A DNA stretch of 64,000 bases from an uncultured bacterium (lineage in GTDB: Bacteria; Krumholzibacteriota; Krumholzibacteriia; LZORAL124-64-63), in contig CAVSGO010000003.1 in the NCBI GenBank assembly GCA_963727525.1, forward strand, positions 96,001 to 160,000, written 5' to 3'. Of this stretch, positions 47,097-58,009 are shown one piece after another. Positions within the stretch are counted from its first letter, which is position 1; every line of letters starts with the position of its first letter. A program made the position numbers and the translations under genes. The notes below the pieces were generated by a model. The model was given only the letters and a program-made list of their open reading frames with translations. It was not told where the DNA came from and did no database searches.

Positions 47097-48155
47097 ATGC
47101 ATGAAGCCAGGGCTTACTCCGCGGCCAGCGCAACGTCACCGCTGACGCCCAACACGATCACGCGCCGCGAAACCACGGAAACGGACGTCCAGATCGAGAT
47201 CCTCTTCTGCGGAGTCTGCCATTCCGATCTGCATACGGTACGCAACGAGTGGGGCAGTATCATGCCCACGGTCTACCCGGTCGTGCCGGGCCACGAGATC
47301 GTCGGCAAGGTCGTCAAGGTCGGGTCGGCGGTCGCGAACACCAAACCGGGGGACCTCGTGGGCGTCGGGTGCCTGGTCGACTCGGACCACACCTGCCCCA
47401 GTTGCAAGGCTGACCAGGAGCAGTTCTGTCCTGGCGCCGTCTTCACCTACAACGGTCCGGACAAGCATCTGGGTGGGGTCACGTACGGAGGCTATTCCGA
47501 GAGCATCGTCGTCGATGAACGTTTCGTCCTGCGGATTCCCACCAATCTGGACCTGGCCGGGGTCGCGCCGCTGCTCTGCGCGGGGATCACGACCTATTCG
47601 CCGATGCGCCACTGGAACGTCCGGGAAGGCCAGAAGGTCGGTGTCGTTGGTCTCGGCGGCCTGGGTCACATGGGGGTGAAGTTCGCCCGGGCTTTCGGCG
47701 CTCACGTGGTGGTGTTCACGACCTCGCCCTCGAAGGTGAAGGATGCCCTGAGGCTGGGGGCCCACGAGGTCGTTCAATCCCGCAACGCCGAGGAGATGGC
47801 GAAGCATGCCGGGAGCTTCGACTTCATCCTGGACACCGTGTCGGCGGATCATGACATCAATGCGTATCTGAACTTGCTGACGCGGGACGGAAACCTGACC
47901 CTGGTCGGTGCGCCGGAGAAGCCGCTACCGGTGTCGTCCTTCGCCCTGATTTTCGGCCGCCGCAGCCTGTCCGGTTCGCTGATCGGGGGCATCGCGGAGA
48001 CCCAGGAGATGCTCGACTTCTGCGGCGAGCACGGGATCACCGCCGACGTCGAGGTCATCCCGATCGAGAAGATCAATGAGGCTTATGCGCGGCTGCTGCG
48101 TTCGGACGTGAAGTATCGCTTCTCCATCGACATGGCGTCGTTGAAGTCCCGATAG
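47097..48155 (+). CDS. Zn-dependent NAD(P)H alcohol dehydrogenase (cinnamyl-ADH/YahK-like)
   Basis: CGVCHSDLH, PGHE, APLLCAGITTY, GLGGLGHMG, DVKYRF; GGAGG RBS. Confidence 0.95.
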   Translation: MHEARAYSAASATSPLTPNTITRRETTETDVQIEILFCGVCHSDLHTVRNEWGSIMPTVYPVVPGHEIVGKVVKVGSAVANTKPGDLVGVGCLVDSDHTCPSCKADQEQFCPGAVFTYNGPDKHLGGVTYGGYSESIVVDERFVLRIPTNLDLAGVAPLLCAGITTYSPMRHWNVREGQKVGVVGLGGLGHMGVKFARAFGAHVVVFTTSPSKVKDALRLGAHEVVQSRNAEEMAKHAGSFDFILDTVSADHDINAYLNLLTRDGNLTLVGAPEKPLPVSSFALIFGRRSLSGSLIGGIAETQEMLDFCGEHGITADVEVIPIEKINEAYARLLRSDVKYRFSIDMASLKSR

Positions 48156-48176
48156 CCTTGCGGGCGGGAAGGAACA

Positions 48177-48239
48177 ACGAAGAAGTGTGCTGTGGGTCAA
48201 GGCCTCGAGGTGTCCACCTTCGAGCCCGGCTGCATGGGC
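48177..48239 (+). pseudogene. 5-prime relic of an aldo/keto reductase gene
   Basis: AAGGA then ACG-KKCAVGQGLEVSTFEPGCMG, a decayed M-K-K-R-x-L-G-x-G-L-E-V-S-x-L-G-L-G-C-M-G N-terminus. Confidence 0.6.
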
Positions 48240-48504
48240 GACGATGCCGTAACTCTGGTCGTGGCAAGGCGGACGGAGTTTCGGCGGAGGACAAGCTATT
48301 TCCCTGGCGCCTGGTCGGGAAACGAGTTAGGTTGCCGGCACGACCGGACGCCCGTTCGGCCACGGCGAACAACAGGACCTCGCGCGAATACCCCGAGATC
48401 TCGCCTCCCCAGGATTCTTACCCCCCACTGTTGTACGGGTCGGAGAATAACGACCGTTGCGTCCAGGAACGTCCTGCGCGCATGCGGCGGAGACGCATAC
48501 CACT

Positions 48505-48549
48505 ATGTCCAAGACTCAGATGTCCAAGACTCAGATGTCCAAGACTCAA
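48505..48549 (+). repeat. 15-bp tandem repeat, 3 copies, encoding MSKTQ
   Basis: ATGTCCAAGACTCAG twice, then ATGTCCAAGACTCAA. Confidence 0.95.
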
Positions 48550-49788
48550 AACACCGAAACGGCCGGTTTCGACGGCTTCGGGCTCCACGAGTCCCTCGTG
48601 CGCGGCGTCCGCGATGCCGGCTTCACGTCGCCCCGGCCCATCCAGTCCGAGACCATTCCCGCCGGCCTCGACGGCATCGACGTGCTGGGCCTGGCCCAGA
48701 CGGGCACCGGCAAGACCGCGGCCTTCGCGCTCATCCTGCTCGACTGGATCCTCAGGGAGCGCGAGCGCGGTATCCAGGCCCTGATACTCGCGCCCACCCG
48801 GGAGCTGGCCACCCAGATTGCGGCCGAGATCGAACTGCTCGCCCGCCACACCCGCATCAAACTCGCCGTCATCTATGGCGGCGTGGCGCAGAGCCGACAG
48901 GTGAGTCGCCTGCGGCAGCGCCCCGAGATCGTGGTGGGTTGCCCGGGCCGTGTGCTCGACCTGCTGGAGCAGGGACTGCTCGATTTCAGCGGCGTGGAGG
49001 GCGTGGTGCTGGACGAGGCGGACCAGATGTTCGACATGGGCTTTCTGCCCACCGTGCGCAAGATCCTCGCCGCCGTACCCAACGAGCGGCAGAACCTGCT
49101 CTTCTCGGCCACGATGCCCCGCGAGGTACGTCGGCTGGCCGACGAACTGCTGCACGAGCCGCACGTGGTGGAGCTGGCGACCAGCGGGCCGGCGGAAACC
49201 ATCGACCACGGGCTGGTGCTGGTGGCGGAGCAACGCAAGCGCGAGCTGCTCGATCACCTGCTTCGCCAGGACGACTGCCACCGTGCCATCGTCTTCACCC
49301 GCACCAAGCACCGGGCCAAGCGCCTGGCCACCCAGCTGAGCAATGCGGGACATCGTGCGGTGGATCTGCAGGGAAACCTGTCGCAGGCCCAGCGGGATCG
49401 GGCCATGCAGGGATTCCGGTCGCAGCGTTACGACATCCTCGTGGCCACGGACATTGCCGCGCGCGGCATCGATGTGAGCGGTGTGTCGCACGTGATCAAC
49501 TATGACGTGCCCAACACGCCGGAGCAGTATACGCATCGCATCGGCCGGACCGGCCGCGCGGAGCTCGAGGGTATCGCCTACACCTTCGTCACCCGCGAGG
49601 ACCACGAATGGCTGCGCGCCACCGAACGCATGATCGGCGAGCCGATCCGGCGCCAGGTGGTCGACGGCTTCGAAGCCGACAGCGGCGAGGCCCGGGTCGC
49701 GCGGGGCGGCACTTCCCGCGGCTCTTCCCGTGGTGGTTCCGGCGGTGGTTCACGGGGTGGTCGTCGCCGCGGCTGGAATGCGGCTTGA
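48505..49788 (+). CDS. DEAD-box RNA helicase (RhlE-like) with RGG tail
   Basis: Q motif, AQTGTGKT, PTRELA, LDEAD, SAT, ARGID, HRIGRTGR. Confidence 0.96.
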   Translation: MSKTQMSKTQMSKTQNTETAGFDGFGLHESLVRGVRDAGFTSPRPIQSETIPAGLDGIDVLGLAQTGTGKTAAFALILLDWILRERERGIQALILAPTRELATQIAAEIELLARHTRIKLAVIYGGVAQSRQVSRLRQRPEIVVGCPGRVLDLLEQGLLDFSGVEGVVLDEADQMFDMGFLPTVRKILAAVPNERQNLLFSATMPREVRRLADELLHEPHVVELATSGPAETIDHGLVLVAEQRKRELLDHLLRQDDCHRAIVFTRTKHRAKRLATQLSNAGHRAVDLQGNLSQAQRDRAMQGFRSQRYDILVATDIAARGIDVSGVSHVINYDVPNTPEQYTHRIGRTGRAELEGIAYTFVTREDHEWLRATERMIGEPIRRQVVDGFEADSGEARVARGGTSRGSSRGGSGGGSRGGRRRGWNAA

Positions 49789-49837
49789 TGCAACGGTGCC
49801 GCCGGTGGCCTGCAGAAGGCTATGAGGGCACCGCGGA

Positions 49838-52564
49838 TCAGTTCCCATCCAGGCTGGACAGCGCTTCGGTGCACGCCTGCGCATCCGCCTGAGACGATGC
49901 GCCGGCCGCGGCGAAGATCGCCCGAGCCTCGGACAGGTTCGTGATCGCCATGGCGCGTTCGCCCTGTGCCGACCGCGCCTTGCCCAGGGGCGTCAGCAGC
50001 CGCGCGAGCTGGACGGCCTTCGCGTCTGCGAAGGCCGCGCGGGCGTCGTTCTCGGCTCCGGACAGCAACCGTACGGCCGCGGCATCCTTGCCTTCGGATT
50101 GCAGAAGGCTCCCGAGCGCGATGATCGAGTTCAGGGTAGAGGGGTGCGTCGGGCCCAGCGTCCGGCGGCGGGCGGCGATAGCCTCCCGCAGGGTCTGTTC
50201 GGCTTCGGCCGTCTTACCCTGCGCCTCCAGCAGCATGCCGAGGTTGTGGACCGAGTTCAGCGTCGCAGGGTGGTCTGGACCCAGGATGCGTCGTCGCTTT
50301 TCAAGGGCCTCGCGGTACAACGGTTCGGCCTCGTCCAGCTTGCCCTGGTACTTGAGCAGTGCGCCCAGATTGGCGATGGCCGTCAGCGTCGCCGGATGAT
50401 CCTCGCCATTCACGCGGCGAGACCGGTCCAACGCCTCACGGTAATATGGCTCGGCCTCATCCAGACGGCCCTGCGCGTGCAGCAGCGCGCCCAGGTTGCC
50501 GATGGACGCGAGTGTGAACGCGTCGTCGTCGCCGCGCAGGCGGCGGCTCTTCTCCAGGGCCTCGCGGTACAACGGTTTGGCCTCGCCCAGCTTGCCCTGC
50601 GATTCGAGCAGATAGCCCAGGTTGCCGATGGCGATGGGTGTTCCCGGGTCGTCATCGCCGAAGACGCGGCGGCGCTTCTCCAGCGCCTCGCGATAGTAGG
50701 GCTCGGCCTCGTCCAGGTGGCCCTGCGATCCGAGGAGCACCCCCAGGTTGGTGATGGAGTCGATGGTTTCGGCGTCCTCTGGGCCGAAGACCCGGGGCGT
50801 GCGCTCGACGGCTTCGCGGAAGTACGGCTCGGCTTCATCCAGACGGCCCTGGTCCATCAGAAGCAGGCCCATGTGGCTGACGGAGACGAGCGTTTCCGCG
50901 CTGTCGTCGCCGAGTCGTTGCCGGCGGCCTTCCAGCGCGGAGGACTGCAGCGGTTCCGCTTCGTCGTACAGACCGAGGGCGCGGTAGCGGTCCGCGAGTG
51001 TCTGGCGGAGCTGTGCCGCAACGACAGGCTGGTCCGCGAACCGAGCGTCGATGGCTGCCGCCGCCGGCCGCAGGATCGTCTGATCGATCAGTGCGACGGC
51101 TGCGTCGGTGGCGTTCACCCGATTCCACTGGTCGGTGAATGCTGCCATCTGCGCACCATGCTCGACCTCGGGCGCACCGTCTGCCGCCAGGGCTTCCGCG
51201 AAGCGGCGCGTCACATCCGCGGTCAGCTGGCGGCCCGCGGTCGCTGGATCAACCTGCTCGAGCATGCCCGCCTGGAAGTCGGCGACGAGCTTGAGTTCCC
51301 CGGCACGTGTCCGGGCGGCAGCCTCGGCCGCGAGGGCCCGGTCGCGCTGACCGCTCGCCACGCGGGCCTGCCACGCGAATCCCGCCACACCGACCATCAG
51401 CGCCGCCGCCACCGCGGCGCTGGCCAGGACCGCGCCGCGATTGCGTCGCACGAATTTCCGCATGCGATAGGTGGCACCCGGCGGCGCCGCGACCACCGCC
51501 TCGCTGGTCAGGTAGCGTCTGACATCCTGCGCAAGTCCGCCCGCCGACTCGTAGCGGCGAGTGCGGTCCTTGTCCAGCGCCTTCATCACGATCCAGTCCA
51601 GCTCCCCGCGCACCATCGCGCTCAGCTTGCGTGGTTCGGTGCGCCGGTGGGATGCGACGGTCGCCAGGGTGTCGGCGCTCTGGCTGAGTCGGGTGCTGGG
51701 CCGCGGCGGCTCGACCTCGCGGATGATCCGCTGGATCTCGCTGAATGCCGCCGATCGCAGTGTTTGCACGTCGAAGGGCGTCGAGCCGGTGAGCAACTCG
51801 TAGAGCACGACGCCGAGGGCGTACACGTCGGTGCGCGTGTCGATGTCGAGGCTGCCCTCGGCCTGTTCCGGGCTCATGTACGAAGGCGTCCCGATGAGGT
51901 GGAATTGCTCGGTGAAGACCGTCTTGTCCGTGAGCTGCGAATCGGTCGCTTTGGCGATGCCGAAATCGATGACCTTGGCCACGGCCCGTCCGTCCTGCAT
52001 GCCGACCAGGATGTTCGACGGCTTCAAATCGCGGTGGATGATCCCCTTGGTATGGGCGTGTTGCACGGCCAGGCAGACCTCGGTGAACAGCTCCAGCCGG
52101 GTATCGATGTCCAGATTGTTCCGGTCGCAGTAACTGGAGATGGGTTCGCCCTTGACCAGTTCCATCACGAAGTACGGCCGACCCGTGTCCGTCGCCCCCG
52201 CATCCAGCACCCTGGCGATGTTGGGATGATCCATCAGGGCGAGGGCCTGGCGCTCCTGCTCGAAGCGCGCGACGACGCGGCGCGTGTCCATGCCCAGCTT
52301 GATGATCTTGAGGGCGACCCGGCGCCGGATCGGCTCGGTCTGCTCGGCCAGGAAGACCGAGCCGAACCCTCCCTCGCCTATGAGCTGCAGCAACTTGTAC
52401 GGACCGATCCGCGCACCGGGGACTTCGCGAATCGGCGCTCCAGTTGCCGGGTCGCCTCCCGAGGTCATCCCGATGGTGGCATCGGATGTCGGCAGCCCGG
52501 CGGTGGATTCGTCGGCCGGATCAGCGGCCGCATCGCGTCGTGTGCGCTGCTCCCCGTCGTTCAT
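49838..52564 (-). CDS. Hanks-type Ser/Thr kinase - TM - TPR receptor
   Basis: [26 protein letters not shown] segment; 42-aa TPR repeats. Confidence 0.93.
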   Translation of the reverse strand: MNDGEQRTRRDAAADPADESTAGLPTSDATIGMTSGGDPATGAPIREVPGARIGPYKLLQLIGEGGFGSVFLAEQTEPIRRRVALKIIKLGMDTRRVVARFEQERQALALMDHPNIARVLDAGATDTGRPYFVMELVKGEPISSYCDRNNLDIDTRLELFTEVCLAVQHAHTKGIIHRDLKPSNILVGMQDGRAVAKVIDFGIAKATDSQLTDKTVFTEQFHLIGTPSYMSPEQAEGSLDIDTRTDVYALGVVLYELLTGSTPFDVQTLRSAAFSEIQRIIREVEPPRPSTRLSQSADTLATVASHRRTEPRKLSAMVRGELDWIVMKALDKDRTRRYESAGGLAQDVRRYLTSEAVVAAPPGATYRMRKFVRRNRGAVLASAAVAAALMVGVAGFAWQARVASGQRDRALAAEAAARTRAGELKLVADFQAGMLEQVDPATAGRQLTADVTRRFAEALAADGAPEVEHGAQMAAFTDQWNRVNATDAAVALIDQTILRPAAAAIDARFADQPVVAAQLRQTLADRYRALGLYDEAEPLQSSALEGRRQRLGDDSAETLVSVSHMGLLLMDQGRLDEAEPYFREAVERTPRVFGPEDAETIDSITNLGVLLGSQGHLDEAEPYYREALEKRRRVFGDDDPGTPIAIGNLGYLLESQGKLGEAKPLYREALEKSRRLRGDDDAFTLASIGNLGALLHAQGRLDEAEPYYREALDRSRRVNGEDHPATLTAIANLGALLKYQGKLDEAEPLYREALEKRRRILGPDHPATLNSVHNLGMLLEAQGKTAEAEQTLREAIAARRRTLGPTHPSTLNSIIALGSLLQSEGKDAAAVRLLSGAENDARAAFADAKAVQLARLLTPLGKARSAQGERAMAITNLSEARAIFAAAGASSQADAQACTEALSSLDGN
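50100..50950 (-). repeat. 126-bp (42-aa) tandem TPR array
   Basis: GG(C/T)TCGGC(C/T)TC.TCCAG-like motif at 50322, 50448, 50574, 50700 and 50826. Confidence 0.85.
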
Positions 52565-52969
52565 CGTCGTCCTAGCCCGGCCAGGGTCTTGTCTCCGCTG
52601 CAAACGCCAAGATAGGACTGGAGCGCGGTATCCGCGCCTCCGGCAGTGCGCGTTCGGTCAGGCCGTCGGTTGCCCCCTGGCAAGCCGTCGCGGTCGTGTG
52701 AACCGGAGGGCCACGTCACGTGGGAGGAGCATGACGATGCGGGCCAAGCGGTTGAATCGCGGACGGTAATCTTCTGTTGCGTGTACGCCGGAAATTTGTG
52801 CACAGTGCCCGCGACGTTTGGGCGTGAGTGCCCTCTGAGGTTGCCGACCGCATGATTCGATTTCGCATCCCTCTGGTTCTCCTGGTTCTGACCGCGAGCC
52901 TGGCACGCGGGCCCGACTCAGATCCGCCCGCAGGATCCATGAGCCGGCGCTACCGCTGTCGTCTCCTGA

Positions 52970-54616
52970 CTACCGCGTCAAGATCACCCGTTTCGTGACC
53001 GAGCCGGCGGATGTGTGCAGGCGGGCGAGGTAGACGCCGGCGGGCAGGCGGTCACCGTTCTGGTCGACGCTATTCCACGAGAATTGGTGGTCACCGCGAC
53101 TGAAGGCGCGGTCGGCGATGGTACGCACGCGGCGGCCGGCCACGTCGTATACCTCGAGCTGGGCCCATCCGTCGCGGGGTAGGGCCGCGAAGAGCACCAC
53201 CGGGCCGTCCGAGGGATTGGGCGCGACACGCATCTGCAACCCGGATGCGACCACCGGGCCGTCCTGGACAGGCGTGGCGAGGTCGGCGCCGCCGTAGGTG
53301 TCCTGATTGCCATTGCGGGTGTCGGTCCAGACGGGGGTGAGGAAGCCGTTCCAGCAGGCGAGGCCGATGTACTCGCCGATCGCGCCGGACCGGGTCTCGT
53401 CCTCGTCGATTCGTGGGACCGTTCGCTGCGTGGCTGGCGGCCGCGGTGCCATCTTCGTGTCCGAAGGGTGGGAGGCCGCGTTGGACACGCGCTGATTCGC
53501 CGTCCAGGTCGCGCCACCGTCGAGGCTCTGACTCACGTAGCAGTGCCAGGCGAGGTTGCTGGGATCGTCGCGACGGTCGAGCCAGACGGCCGATACGGTG
53601 CCGATGTTGTCGACGGTCAACCAGACATGGAACTGGTCGCGGCCGTTGCCGACGGCGTCGTCGTTGATGCGAAGCGGCGCCGACCAGGTCACGGCGTGGT
53701 CGTCGGAGTAGCGTACGAAGATGTCGTAGTCGGCCGCGAGTTCGCGCGACATGTATGCGACGTAGATGCGGCCGTGATGCGCGCCGCCCGTGATGTCCAC
53801 GTCGATGGCGGGTTCGGCGTTGCTCTCGATGTTGCCGTTGAGCGTTGGCGACGGGTTGGTGACGGAGGTGACCGTACGATCGGTGCCGAACGATTGGCCG
53901 CCGAACGACTGGTCGATCTTGATGGTGCTGTCGTTGAAATCGACCCAGGCCACGTACAGCGTGCCGTCGGGGCCGACGGCGAGGTTCGGGTACTGGTTGC
54001 CGGCATCGTCGCTGACCTGGATGGCGTCGGTCCAGGTGGCGCCCTCGTCGCCGGTGCTGACGCACTGGATGTTCGTCTCGTTGAAGCGCGTCCAGACCAT
54101 GTAGATGCGCCCACGGAAGAAGGAATGGGTGCGGTCGCAGGCGATGAATTCCTTGTCCTCGAACGCGTTGGCGACCCCATCGACAGCGAAGCCGCGGTCT
54201 TCCCAGTTCTGCCCGCCATCCGTGCTGCGGTACATGAGCATGCCGTTGGGGTGGGTGGTATCGCCGTCGTAGGCGAGTAGCATGGCGAAGAAGTCGCCGT
54301 CGGCGTTGACAGTGAGCGCCGGATCGCTGTCGCGCACATAGTGCGTGTCGACGAAGAGCCCCGGGTTGGTCCAGGACACCCCGCGGTCGAAGGTGAATCC
54401 CCAGCCGACCTGCCGGTAGCCGAGCCGGAAATCTCGCCAGGCAGCGACGAGGTTGGACGGATTCGTGGGATTCACGACGACCTGCTGCTCGTTCTGAAGC
54501 TGCGCGGTGGCGTCCTGGTTGATCTGGAAATTCAACCAACCCTGGGCGGCGGCCGGCGTTGCGAAGACGAGGACGGCGGCGATGAGGAGTAGGGAACGCG
54601 GAATCATGGATGTCAT
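52970..54616 (-). CDS. Secreted Asp-box (BNR/sialidase-like) propeller protein with FlgD-Ig/T9SS-like tail
   Basis: Signal peptide; TFDRGVSW, STDGGQNW, TGDEGATW, SDDHAVTW, SLDGGATW; PNP...YDVAGRRVR...GVYLARL tail. Confidence 0.87.
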   Translation of the reverse strand: MTSMIPRSLLLIAAVLVFATPAAAQGWLNFQINQDATAQLQNEQQVVVNPTNPSNLVAAWRDFRLGYRQVGWGFTFDRGVSWTNPGLFVDTHYVRDSDPALTVNADGDFFAMLLAYDGDTTHPNGMLMYRSTDGGQNWEDRGFAVDGVANAFEDKEFIACDRTHSFFRGRIYMVWTRFNETNIQCVSTGDEGATWTDAIQVSDDAGNQYPNLAVGPDGTLYVAWVDFNDSTIKIDQSFGGQSFGTDRTVTSVTNPSPTLNGNIESNAEPAIDVDITGGAHHGRIYVAYMSRELAADYDIFVRYSDDHAVTWSAPLRINDDAVGNGRDQFHVWLTVDNIGTVSAVWLDRRDDPSNLAWHCYVSQSLDGGATWTANQRVSNAASHPSDTKMAPRPPATQRTVPRIDEDETRSGAIGEYIGLACWNGFLTPVWTDTRNGNQDTYGGADLATPVQDGPVVASGLQMRVAPNPSDGPVVLFAALPRDGWAQLEVYDVAGRRVRTIADRAFSRGDHQFSWNSVDQNGDRLPAGVYLARLHTSAGSVTKRVILTR

Positions 54617-54782
54617 CTCCTGGCGGGGGAAGGACTACGTGGTCAGAGGATACCAGAACGGCGTCAGCTTGCGGGCAGTTTCCTCGCGGAGGCCCGCGGC
54701 CAGGCTGACCCCGACGGCCGCGATGGCATGAATACGGTGGGCTGAGACAGGTGCGGATCCGGGCGTAGTAGTTTCGCGGTTC

Positions 54783-55190
54783 ATACAGGCGCTGCAACAG
54801 CCGGCGAAAGATTCGACTGCGTGGCAAGGCGCGGAGAAGTCCGACCATGGCGGTGACCACGCCCGTCGACTCGATGAACTCGAATTGCCGCTGGAAGACG
54901 TCGCGTTCGTCTTGCCAGGACCTGCGCCAGCGATTTGCAACGGGGCGTAGTCGCGGAGATCGGCCAGATCCCAGCGGGGCAGCGGCGTGAGCGAGAGATC
55001 CGGAAATCGCGTGGCCCGGTAGCACGTTTGCAGGCGGTTGCACTCCAGGTCCCGTACCAGGATGGGCAAGACCTCCTCGGCTTCACCCATCACCACGTGA
55101 TCCACACACAGTTCATCGTCCCTGTCGTCGCCGAAGAGCGGGCCGCCGCCGACGATGAACTTGCCGGCTGCGCGCAAGACGCGCACATTG
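54783..55190 (-). pseudogene. Collapsed B12-binding radical SAM (DUF4070-type) gene
   Basis: IVGGGP...DHVVMGEAEE...PDLSLTPLPRWDL in one frame, then DVFQRQFEFIESTGVVTAMVGLL.ALP.SR.FRRL in another; CxxxCxxC core absent. Confidence 0.75.
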
Positions 55191-55360
55191 ATAATGTAGT
55201 TCCAGGACTGGCCGGTCGGCTCGTGGTATATTGGGGTATCCACGGTAACGCGTCGCGAGCCTGCACGGGCGGACGACCGTCTCCAGCGCTATCATCCCTC
55301 GATCTGGATTCGTTTCAACGATTTCCGCTCGATCATGCTCTTGAAGGCAGGGATTCGAAC

Positions 55361-57895
55361 ATGGCCAACGAACCATCCGATCTCGACCCCACCATCGATG
55401 CCCATGGCACGCCCGGCGACGACGATCGCACCATCTCGGTGCCCGAAGCGGGAGGCGTGGGTGACGCGGCCGGCGACCTGCCCCGGGAGATCGGGGGTTA
55501 CCGCATCTTCGGGCGGCTGGGCGAGGGCGGCATGGGGGTGGTATACGAGGCCGAACAACCGTCGCCGCGGCGGCGGGTGGCGCTGAAGGTCATTCGCGGG
55601 TCGGAGTATCGTGACGAGTTGCATCTGCGCATGTTCGCGCGTGAGGCGGCGACGCTGGGGCGCCTTCAGCACCCCGGCATTGCAGGTATCTACGCGTCTG
55701 GTCACACGCCGGACGGTCGGCATTACTTTGCCATGGAGCTGGTGCCCGGGACAACGCTCGGCACGTGGCTCGCGAGCCGGCCGGCCGTGCCCGACCGCGC
55801 GGAGATCGCACTGCGCCTGGAACTGTTTCGTCAGATCTGTGACGCCGTGCACTATGCCCATCAACGCGGCGTGATCCACTGCGACCTCAAGGCCTCCAAC
55901 GTCATCGTGACCGATGTGGCCCCGGACACCGGTTCTACCGTTACCTTGCCGCCGCGGACCAAGGTTCTGGATTTCGGCCTCGCACGCCTCACGGAGAGCG
56001 ATCGCGAGGCCTCCGCGGTCACCGAGGTCGGCGTGATCAAGGGGACCCTGGCGTACATGGCGCCGGAACAAGCGCGCGGCGATACGACCGAGGTCGATGT
56101 ACGTACCGACGTCTACGCGCTCGGTGTGGTCCTGTACGAATTACTGACCGGGGTGAGACCTTACTCCGTCGACACCGGCTCGCTGCTCGCGGCCGTGAAG
56201 GTGATCTGCGAGCAGGCGCCGCGCCCGCTCGCCGAGGCGTGGACGGCGTCCACGAAGCTCGACCCCGACCTGGCGACCATCGTGACGACGGCGCTGGCCA
56301 AGGATCCCGATGGACGATTCGCGAGCGCTGCCGCGCTTGGCGACGATGTCGGCAGGTTCCTCGGGTCGCAACCGATCCTCGCCCGGCCGCCGAGTACGAT
56401 GTACCAGATCCGCAAGCTCGTGTCGCGCCGCAAGCCCATCTTCGCGACCGCCGGCGCGGCCCTCGCGTTGCTGGTCGTCGCGTCGGCGGGCATCGCCGGG
56501 CTCTACGTCCGTTCGGAGCGCAACCTGGCGCGCGCCGTGACCGCCGAGCAGTCGGCGCGGCGCGAGGCGGAGACGGCACAGCGCACCTCCGACTTCCTCG
56601 TCACCCTTTTCGATCGCGCCGATCCCGAGCGCAACCGCGGCCAGACGGTGACCGCACGCGAGGTGGTGGACGAGGGCGCCCACCAGCTCGAGAGCGAGCT
56701 GGCGGATGAGCCGTTGATGAAGGCGCGGCTGCTGGCGACCATCGGGCAGGTCTACACCAGCCTCGCTGTGTACGACGAGGCGCGGAAGCTCATCGAGGAG
56801 TCGCTCACGCTGCGCCAGGAGCACCTGGCGCCGGGCGACCCGGCCATCGCCAGGAGCGAGCATCTGCTGGGCTCTGTCCTGGCCGCCACGGGCGATCGCG
56901 ACAGCGCCCGCGCGGCCTACGATCGTGCCATCGCCATGTACGCGGCGCTGGGGCCATCGGGCCGTGACGGTCTCATCGCGTCGAACAAGGACCTCGCCTG
57001 GTTGCTCGGCCAGGGCGGTGAGCTGGAGGACGCGATGAAGGCGATCCATCGCGCGCTGGCCGTGGAAGCCGAACGGGATCCGCCCGACCCCAAGCGCCTC
57101 CTGGGGCTTCAGAGCACGCTGGCCACGATCCTCACGAATCGTGGCGACGCGGACTCGTCCGTGGTGGTGCTTGAGGATGCGCTCGCGACGTCGCGCCGCA
57201 TCAACGGCGACGAGAATACGATGACGGCTTCGCTGCTGACCAATCTCGGCGTGGCGCAGGGGCTCGCCGGCCACCCGGAACGCTCCACCGCGGCCTACCT
57301 GGAGGCCCTGGCGATCTACCAGAAGATCTACGGGGACAATCATCCGCTGGTGGCGCGCGCCCTCGGCAACGTGGGAGTCAACTACGCCGAGCTGGGGCAA
57401 TTCGACCAGGCCCGCCCGTACATGGAGAAGTCGCGCGCGGCGCTCATCGCCGTCCATGGCCCCGACAGCCCGATGGTGGCCAAGGCGTCGATGAACCTGG
57501 GGCTCCTGAAGCTGCAGAGCGGCGACGCGGCCGGGGCGGTTGTGGATCTGCAACGGGCGGTGGAACTGCACGAGAAGGCGGCCCCCGACGGGCGGTCGAT
57601 CTCGCTCTCGTACTCGCTCTACCATCTCGCCACGGCGCGTGCCGAACTGCACCAGTACAAGGAGGCGCGCCGGCTCATGGAGCGGGTGGTGGCGATCGAC
57701 CAGCAGATCTATGGCGAGGGTGCGAGCGATGTGGCCGACGACTTCGAATCTCTCGCCGAGATCGAGCGCGCCGCGGGCGACACCATTGCGGCCGCACGCT
57801 CCGAGGAAAAGATGCGGGAGATCCGGACGCAACTCGCCGCCGCGGCGAAACCGGATTCGGTGAGCGGCGTATCCGAGGGTCAGCGCCCACAGTGA
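55361..57895 (+). CDS. Ser/Thr kinase - TM - TPR receptor (HCD catalytic loop)
   Basis: GEGGMG, VALK, HCDLKASN, DFG, APE; TM segment; TPRs. Confidence 0.92.
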   Translation: MANEPSDLDPTIDAHGTPGDDDRTISVPEAGGVGDAAGDLPREIGGYRIFGRLGEGGMGVVYEAEQPSPRRRVALKVIRGSEYRDELHLRMFAREAATLGRLQHPGIAGIYASGHTPDGRHYFAMELVPGTTLGTWLASRPAVPDRAEIALRLELFRQICDAVHYAHQRGVIHCDLKASNVIVTDVAPDTGSTVTLPPRTKVLDFGLARLTESDREASAVTEVGVIKGTLAYMAPEQARGDTTEVDVRTDVYALGVVLYELLTGVRPYSVDTGSLLAAVKVICEQAPRPLAEAWTASTKLDPDLATIVTTALAKDPDGRFASAAALGDDVGRFLGSQPILARPPSTMYQIRKLVSRRKPIFATAGAALALLVVASAGIAGLYVRSERNLARAVTAEQSARREAETAQRTSDFLVTLFDRADPERNRGQTVTAREVVDEGAHQLESELADEPLMKARLLATIGQVYTSLAVYDEARKLIEESLTLRQEHLAPGDPAIARSEHLLGSVLAATGDRDSARAAYDRAIAMYAALGPSGRDGLIASNKDLAWLLGQGGELEDAMKAIHRALAVEAERDPPDPKRLLGLQSTLATILTNRGDADSSVVVLEDALATSRRINGDENTMTASLLTNLGVAQGLAGHPERSTAAYLEALAIYQKIYGDNHPLVARALGNVGVNYAELGQFDQARPYMEKSRAALIAVHGPDSPMVAKASMNLGLLKLQSGDAAGAVVDLQRAVELHEKAAPDGRSISLSYSLYHLATARAELHQYKEARRLMERVVAIDQQIYGEGASDVADDFESLAEIERAAGDTIAAARSEEKMREIRTQLAAAAKPDSVSGVSEGQRPQ

Positions 57896-58009
57896 CGGAC
57901 CAGGGACCGTGAAGAGCAGGTCCCGGCGAGTCGGATGCTGCGGCCGCGACCGGTTCAACGACCAGGACAGTGTGGTCGTGACCGTGATACCCCGAACGGA
58001 CCGCGGTCG

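Noticed and set aside
49700..49775. 12-bp quasi-repeat at the helicase 3-prime end
   Set aside because: It encodes the ordinary RGG/RGS tail of DEAD-box helicases.
50099..52615. 838-aa plus-strand ORF and other long antisense ORFs (e.g. 19686-21887, 31921-33846, 53091-55043, 56141-57958)
   Set aside because: Shadow frames of well-supported genes in high-GC DNA, with no motifs. The only exception is the short radical-SAM relic inside 53091-55043.
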